Part shown: piece after piece, positions 58,914-64,000 of the stretch | Position numbering within the stretch: the first letter of the stretch is position 1 | Layout of the letters: the number at the start of each line of letters is the position of its first letter | Assembly (NCBI GenBank): GCA_022827625.1 | Contig: JAJEIE010000024.1 | Span: 40,227-104,226, forward strand | Direction: 5' to 3' | From: Candidatus Poribacteria bacterium | GTDB lineage: Bacteria; Poribacteria; WGA-4E; WGA-3G | DNA: 64,000 nt | Notes under the pieces: model-generated | The model's database searches: none | The model's input: only the letters and a program-made list of their open reading frames with translations | What the model was told of the DNA's origin: nothing | Position numbers and translations under genes: made by a program

Positions 58914-59105
58914 TCAACCCAACGTGCGATGAATCGCACTACTACGAACAGATGTTTGTTAAGGGAGAGGTGTCTACTCAACCCAACGTGCGATGAATCG
59001 CACTACTACGAACAGATGTTTGTTAAGGGAGAGGTGTCTACTCAACCCAACGTGCGATGAATCGCACTACTACAAACAGATGTTTGTTAAGGGAGAGGTG
59101 TCTAC
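58914..59105. repeat. Three perfect-to-near-perfect 64-bp tandem direct repeats (iteron-like), each with an internal 7-bp-arm palindrome GTGCGAT-ga-ATCGCAC
   Basis: Unit tcaacccaacgtgcgatgaatcgcactactacgaacagatgtttgttaagggagaggtgtctac occurs 3 times with period 64; copy 3 has one substitution. Confidence 0.9.
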
Positions 59106-59219
59106 ATAATGCTAAGCTTTACTGTAGTTTTCGGATTTTTGTCCATTTTAATCGGAGATCGCAGGTAGGAGCTTGCTGCTATAGGAAGGAGTCAGGATAA
59201 GGACGTGAACGCTTTCGTT

Positions 59220-62171
59220 CTAAAGTTCTGGGAGCCTATAAACACCCCGGCGAACCTTTACAATTTCACCGGTGTTTACAAGGCGGGTGAGTTCTGTATT
59301 TATTGCTTTCGGATGTCCTTGAATACGCGCCGCGAATTCCGGTGTTCTTTTTTCGCCATCAGCGAGAAGTGCGAGAATTTGCTCGCGGAACGGAACACGT
59401 GCGATTTTCCCACCCCTCAGTTTTCGCAACACTCGGTTCGCCTGCCTTGGGGAGCATCCGAGAACCGCCTCGACCTCTTTTCTGCTGGATTCAGGTGTGA
59501 GAGTGTCGCGTTCGGTCTCAAAGCGTTGGCGTGTCGCTATGACCTCGGAAAGTTTGTCTAACCCACCGGCGACATCGAAATCTTCCCAGTCAAAAAGAAG
59601 GGTTTCCGGTCTATCGGTGATCTCAGGAATTCGCAAGCCTGTAATCCACATAATTTTCTTGTTGGTTTCCAAACGGTGTAGCTGCGCCAGCCCTGTCATC
59701 CGTGTGAACATATCGGTGACCTCTTTTTCATAAACGCTTTGGACGCGTGCGTCTTTGTAACGGTAGGATTCAGGCTCCATTTCATAAGAGAGGGGTTTCT
59801 CGTCGTTTCCGAACAAGATCCGAGTGCGCTTCAAAATGGCGCGGGGCCCTATTTCCGGCAAGCCAACTATCCAGATAACCTGTGCCTCTTGAAAAGCGAT
59901 TTCCAATCCCGCCTCCCTCCGAAAACCCATCAGGAAACAGACGTTCTCATTTTTCGCGATATTGTTCAGCTGTTCAGTTGCGTGATCATAGGTGATAATC
60001 CCATGCTTAATATTCGGATCCCTTTCAATTTCGGTTTGGATCCTCCAGAAAATGCGCTTTCCAGTTTCAGATATCCCGAGAACGTCCCAGGTGTTGTCGA
60101 GTTCTAAAATTGCTTCCATTGGATAAATACCCGTACGCATCTGAAAAACACGGTTTCCGGGAACCCACGCCCGCGGTTCGGTGTCAAGGATCTCGGTTTT
60201 CTCATCCAAGAAGGCTTGATGTAGATGTCTGCCTTGGAGCGTCGCGGAAGGGACCAATAGGTATCTGACGCTCGAATGGAGGACCGGCGGCATCCAAAAC
60301 TGTAGCACTTCGTCCTCCCATTGCATCGGAGCATCAGCGTTTCGCGTGTAATGCGCGAAGAAACGCTTGAGTTGATGCCAAACTGTCCAGTTTGGATTTC
60401 CACGGACCGTCTGGGACATCTGTTCGATGATTTCTGCTTCCAGCCATTCAAACGTCTGTACCGCCATTCTGAGACGTTTGATGAAGTCGACATGGGATTT
60501 GTTTCTAATTTCTACTGCATTCAGCAGAAATGTGGCAAATTTTCCTAAGGCACCGCCTTGCCAGTCGGCAACCCACGCCTTCAATGTGGTTTTTGAGAGT
60601 TCGTATTCAAGAAACAGTTGATTCTCTCTTCTGGCACTGATGAGACAAAGCCGCTGTGTTTCATCGCCCCCTTCGAGAAGTTGTTCGGCTATTTTTGCGT
60701 ATTGTGGGTCCAAGAACAGACGACGATCTTCTAATATTTGTGCATTTCCCACATTTCGGTTTTGAAGCAGTTGTGCTGCCGCTGCCGCCAGCGCATCATT
60801 TGGAACGTTTAAACAGATGGCGCCATCATTACGCAGAACGGATTCTACTTCCGGGTCCTGTTCTGCGTCTGGCTGTGTAATAAATCCAAGAACGCGTGCG
60901 TTCCTATCAAAAGCGCGCTGTACCTGCGTGCTAATTGCTTCGCTGGTCTCATGCATCTTTTCTGTAGGGTCGGACTTCTGTAACACCGGTGGCGGACGTT
61001 TTATGCCCAGCGGACTGAGTTTCCCTTCCCGAATGGCAAGCACCTTAGCGTCTATCGGCAGCCCCGTCGCGGGGACCGGCGGTAGGATACCTGTATCGTT
61101 CCAAACATCTGTTATGAGCGTTGCCGCCGTCGGCAGTCCCGTGTCATCTGTCGTGGCACGTATCCACACACCCTCCTCGTTCTCCCACAATGATACCTCT
61201 ATATCGCCGATCGCCGCCCCTTGCCGCTTCCAATAGTGAAGTCCATCCGCTTGTCTGACGTAAGAAAATCCGCGCTTGAAAAACGCCTCTTTGGCAAGGT
61301 CAAGTTTAGCCGATCCGAGAGAGTAGGGTGCCTCGGGAATGCTCTCCTTACGTCGTTTGCTTTGGAGCACAGGTTCGTGGAGTTTCGCGCGAAGCGCGTC
61401 AAGAGGCGCAAAGAGTACCTCTTTAGCAATTACAGGTGGCTCTAACAGATTTCCGAGCAGAATTTCATAGCGCGCATCCCAGCAATTGTGTCCTTTTTCG
61501 CCAAAAATTTCGAGATACGCCTCGTGTTGGTCGGGATTCTCTGCGGTCGGTGTGCCTTTACAGACGTACAACCGTGCCTGCTGGGTGTCTGGGTGCAGGT
61601 ACCCCGGTATCCGACAAGAAAAGCGGAGCCCACCCGACTTTGACAGCGTCAACAACGGATTCGCAACTGCGCCAACAAGTGCTTGAACACAAGCAAGCAC
61701 GGCATCAGGGGCGGTACAGAGTGCTTCATACTTAAAATCGATGTCATGCCATGATGCCCCATCGCGTGCCGATGGCAGACCCGTATACAGATGAATTCCC
61801 CAAGACTTGTGCCATCGGATGGCACTCCAGTCTATTGCCTCTTGGCGTTTCAAAAACCGCTCACCCCCAAAAGAGCGCGGGGGACGGTCGGTTTCAGGGG
61901 CACGCCCTATCGGCATAAAGGAAATACCCACCGCCTCCAAGTCTTGAAGTGCGACAGGGTATCCGTGGGCACAGTAGACTGTGAAATGGTATGGAAGCCC
62001 TTTGTAAAGCCGAGGCGTTATGGTCGTCTTCCGTTGTTTAAGTGGGTTCGCGCGCCGTTCGTGGCAGCGGGCGATTATATCTTGAAAGAGATTGGTTGTC
62101 ATTGGCATCACAATCAGGCGATTTTTTATCCTTGGACGGAATAAATTTCGGCGCGTCTGTGGCAAACTCAC
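59220..62171 (-). CDS. 983-aa protein with a C-terminal AbiEi-like winged-helix DNA-binding domain; N-terminal region with DxD-containing blocks of uncertain (possibly primase-polymerase-like) nature
   Basis: The C-terminus ...FREQILALLADGEKRTPEFAARIQGHPKAINTELTRLVNTGEIVKVRRGVYRLPEL matches the LxRLxxxGxLxRxxRGxYxL wHTH pattern. The N-terminus has WHDIDFK and SKSGGLRFSCRIPG blocks. No P-loop was found. Confidence 0.6.
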   Translation of the reverse strand: MSLPQTRRNLFRPRIKNRLIVMPMTTNLFQDIIARCHERRANPLKQRKTTITPRLYKGLPYHFTVYCAHGYPVALQDLEAVGISFMPIGRAPETDRPPRSFGGERFLKRQEAIDWSAIRWHKSWGIHLYTGLPSARDGASWHDIDFKYEALCTAPDAVLACVQALVGAVANPLLTLSKSGGLRFSCRIPGYLHPDTQQARLYVCKGTPTAENPDQHEAYLEIFGEKGHNCWDARYEILLGNLLEPPVIAKEVLFAPLDALRAKLHEPVLQSKRRKESIPEAPYSLGSAKLDLAKEAFFKRGFSYVRQADGLHYWKRQGAAIGDIEVSLWENEEGVWIRATTDDTGLPTAATLITDVWNDTGILPPVPATGLPIDAKVLAIREGKLSPLGIKRPPPVLQKSDPTEKMHETSEAISTQVQRAFDRNARVLGFITQPDAEQDPEVESVLRNDGAICLNVPNDALAAAAAQLLQNRNVGNAQILEDRRLFLDPQYAKIAEQLLEGGDETQRLCLISARRENQLFLEYELSKTTLKAWVADWQGGALGKFATFLLNAVEIRNKSHVDFIKRLRMAVQTFEWLEAEIIEQMSQTVRGNPNWTVWHQLKRFFAHYTRNADAPMQWEDEVLQFWMPPVLHSSVRYLLVPSATLQGRHLHQAFLDEKTEILDTEPRAWVPGNRVFQMRTGIYPMEAILELDNTWDVLGISETGKRIFWRIQTEIERDPNIKHGIITYDHATEQLNNIAKNENVCFLMGFRREAGLEIAFQEAQVIWIVGLPEIGPRAILKRTRILFGNDEKPLSYEMEPESYRYKDARVQSVYEKEVTDMFTRMTGLAQLHRLETNKKIMWITGLRIPEITDRPETLLFDWEDFDVAGGLDKLSEVIATRQRFETERDTLTPESSRKEVEAVLGCSPRQANRVLRKLRGGKIARVPFREQILALLADGEKRTPEFAARIQGHPKAINTELTRLVNTGEIVKVRRGVYRLPEL

Positions 62172-62423
62172 GCTAAAAATATTTATGAGATGTTCACAAA
62201 CTTCACATTCTCACATCAGTTAGTAGTGTGTATTATTATATCAAAAATCTCCGCTTAGGTCAAGTTTTAAATGAGCGTAAAGTCAATAGGCATCAGGCTT
62301 TAAGCGATAGTTAGGTTGGGACGTATTTGATTTTGAAAGTAGATAATAATAGCGTATATCCTGATCAAACGTTTTCGGTAATTCGAGATTTCCCGCAAGC
62401 TCCGGTAGGCGCGGTTAGTCTTT

Positions 62424-62446
62424 TGTACCACAAACTGTTAGTTTGT
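62424..62446. repeat. 23-nt palindromic element copy (variant GTACCACAAACTGTTAGTTTGTG)
   Basis: See 40943..40965. Confidence 0.85.
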
Positions 62447-62909
62447 GTATAGACTTTGTACCGAAAACTAAATCGGTATTTTTTCCCGGAAGCCCGGATT
62501 TAGTATGGGGCGAGACTAAATCCGGGCCTTGTATTACATTCTTGTTCGGAACAGATCGGGCAACCCCGAATAAATTCGGGCTTCCAGATATTAGGACATT
62601 ACCAAATTAATAAATCTTCATACAGTTTGCGGTACAAAACCTTTCTGGAGAATGAACGCCTTTCATTAAAAACAGGGGTCTGATCCCCTAAAATTTTGTA
62701 AATAGCAACTTAATGTTGCTGATTTTTATCAAAATATCTTATTTTTTATTGATTTTTTGTAAAAATTTGCGTATAATTTGTAGTTGGATAAGGATATTAC
62801 TATTTTAATCCTAAAATATATATAAAAATCGACCTATTATAACCAAAGAGGTTTGTTATTCCAAGCGCATCGGCATCCGCTATGCTGTCAACATCTAAAG
62901 CCGCCCAGT

Positions 62910-62932
62910 GTACCGCAAACTGTTAGTTTGCG
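62910..62932. repeat. 23-nt palindromic element copy, about 91 nt upstream of the 63023 gene start
   Basis: See 40943..40965. Confidence 0.85.
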
Positions 62933-63022
62933 TGCGTTAGATTTTCTGCTTTTCTCGGCATTACCGAGTTAAATTCTTAATCCGCATTTAAGCGATATTT
63001 ATTTTAAAACGGGGTGAACATC

Positions 63023-64000
63023 ATGAAAAAATTGCTGCTCTCTCTTATCGTTTTAGGATTACTCATCAACTGGATGCCCACGTCTGCCGAAGCAGATGCG
63101 CCGGTAACAAACATTCCTTCGATAACAAGGACGCAGTCGGGGGTATTTCATGCCGCCATTATTTTCGGCGAAGCTGTAGACGGTTTTACACAATCGGATA
63201 TTACACTAAGTCCCAGCGGTCTGGCGAGTGTGACGCGTTTCACTGGTAGTGATGGTGATAGCCAATATACAATCCAAATAACACCAGCCGATGGGCAGGA
63301 AGGCACGTTGACGATTTCAGTAGCAGCGGATGTCGCAACCGCAACTACCGGTGGCGAAGGGAACCAGGCTGGATCGGGGACGGTAGCGATCGATACGCTG
63401 GGTTCTACGCTAACAATTACGCCGCCAACAGGGACGCCGACGGGAGCATTTGATGTGACATTTGCGTTCGTTCCAACAGTGACCGGTTTTGCACAGGACG
63501 ATATTGTAGTAACGAATGGTGCACGCGTGACGAGCTTCACTGGTAGTGATAATGACACCTCCTATACAGCAACAATAATACCTAAGGTTACAGGGAACGT
63601 GCAAATCAGCGTGAGTGCGGACAAAGCACAGGATGACCTTGGAAATGGGAACATCGCAGCATCCGCTACGGTAGCAGTCGACCTGCCGCATGGCATAATG
63701 GTGATGGAGCCCGACGACGGACCGCATAACGCCGCTTTTGAAGTGATGATTATGTTCACTGAAACCGTGGGCAGTTTTACAGCAAGTGATATTACGTTAA
63801 GCCCGAGTAGCCTCGCGACCGTGACGAGTGTCACAGGGAACGAACCGACGTATACAGCCACAATCACACCGGCTAATAATAAGAGCGGCGATGTGGACAT
63901 CTCCGTGGCGGCAGGTGCTGTACAAGACAGTAATAGCATGAACTATCCCGCCTCAAATACAGTGACGGTGGCGGTAGACACGGAACGTCCAACGGTGGAC
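63023..64000 (+). CDS. Secreted protein with tandem ~90-aa Ig-like (Big-like) repeats; partial, continues beyond the window
   Basis: ATG at 63023 with signal peptide MKKLLLSLIVLGLLINWMPTSAEA. Repeats of the form F(T/A)xSDITLSPSxLAxVT...TGxxxxYTATITPA...ISVAA occur at least 3 times. The frame is open to the window end, and the minus-strand ORFs in the track are antisense artefacts. Confidence 0.6.
   Translation, partial: MKKLLLSLIVLGLLINWMPTSAEADAPVTNIPSITRTQSGVFHAAIIFGEAVDGFTQSDITLSPSGLASVTRFTGSDGDSQYTIQITPADGQEGTLTISVAADVATATTGGEGNQAGSGTVAIDTLGSTLTITPPTGTPTGAFDVTFAFVPTVTGFAQDDIVVTNGARVTSFTGSDNDTSYTATIIPKVTGNVQISVSADKAQDDLGNGNIAASATVAVDLPHGIMVMEPDDGPHNAAFEVMIMFTETVGSFTASDITLSPSSLATVTSVTGNEPTYTATITPANNKSGDVDISVAAGAVQDSNSMNYPASNTVTVAVDTERPTVD

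Noticed and set aside
58914-59105. Possible CRISPR array
   Set aside because: Repeats are 64 bp and directly abut each other with no unique spacers; no cas genes nearby.
63148-63939. Three overlapping minus-strand ORFs (105-136 aa) at the 3' end
   Set aside because: Antisense to the repeat-containing secreted protein gene starting at 63023; their Thr/Val/Ala-rich products mirror the sense-strand repeats.
1-64000. tRNA genes
   Set aside because: Scanned intergenic regions for T-loop (GGTTCGAATCC-like) and cloverleaf patterns; none convincing.

Overview
This 64-kb window comes from a bacterial chromosome of roughly 50% GC, probably an uncultivated lineage; the sequence alone does not support a finer taxonomic call. 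Reading left to right it contains:
(1) The start of an atp operon on the minus strand: atpZ-like and atpI-like genes followed by the 5' part of atpB.
(2) A minus-strand ECF-sigma regulatory island. It holds an ECF sigma70 fused to an FtsZ GTPase domain, a small lipoprotein, a STAS anti-sigma antagonist, an ECF sigma with a TPR extension and an FtsX-like permease.
(3) A second minus-strand array: ECF sigma24, zf-HC2 anti-sigma, two proteins sharing a DUF4252-like domain (one a large beta-barrel protein), a lipoprotein and three tandem TraB/GumN/Tiki-like paralogs.
(4) A housekeeping/metabolic block: Zn-ADH, HpcH aldolase, RraA-like, tyrS, class II RNR nrdJ, RNase P RNA (rnpB), HyuB and a Gfo/Idh oxidoreductase.
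(5) A nearly complete but rearranged dcw cluster, rsmH-ftsL-ftsI-murE-(a/b hydrolase)-murF-ddl-mraY-murD-ftsW-murG-murC-ftsQ-ftsA-ftsZ. It lacks mraZ and murB.
(6) Radical SAM, LamG, TPR and CRTAC1/FG-GAP genes.
(7) A small type II R-M island.
(8) An ArsC/Spx-family gene with an in-frame TGA exactly at the catalytic Cys, a candidate selenoprotein that ordinary ORF calling truncates.
(9) A 3' accessory region dense in palindromic repeat families, a 3x64-bp iteron array, a 983-aa protein with a C-terminal AbiEi-like wHTH, and a partial secreted Ig-like repeat protein.
The two most notable objects are the ECF-sigma::FtsZ-N-domain fusion with its regulatory neighbourhood, and the UGA-containing ArsC-like gene.
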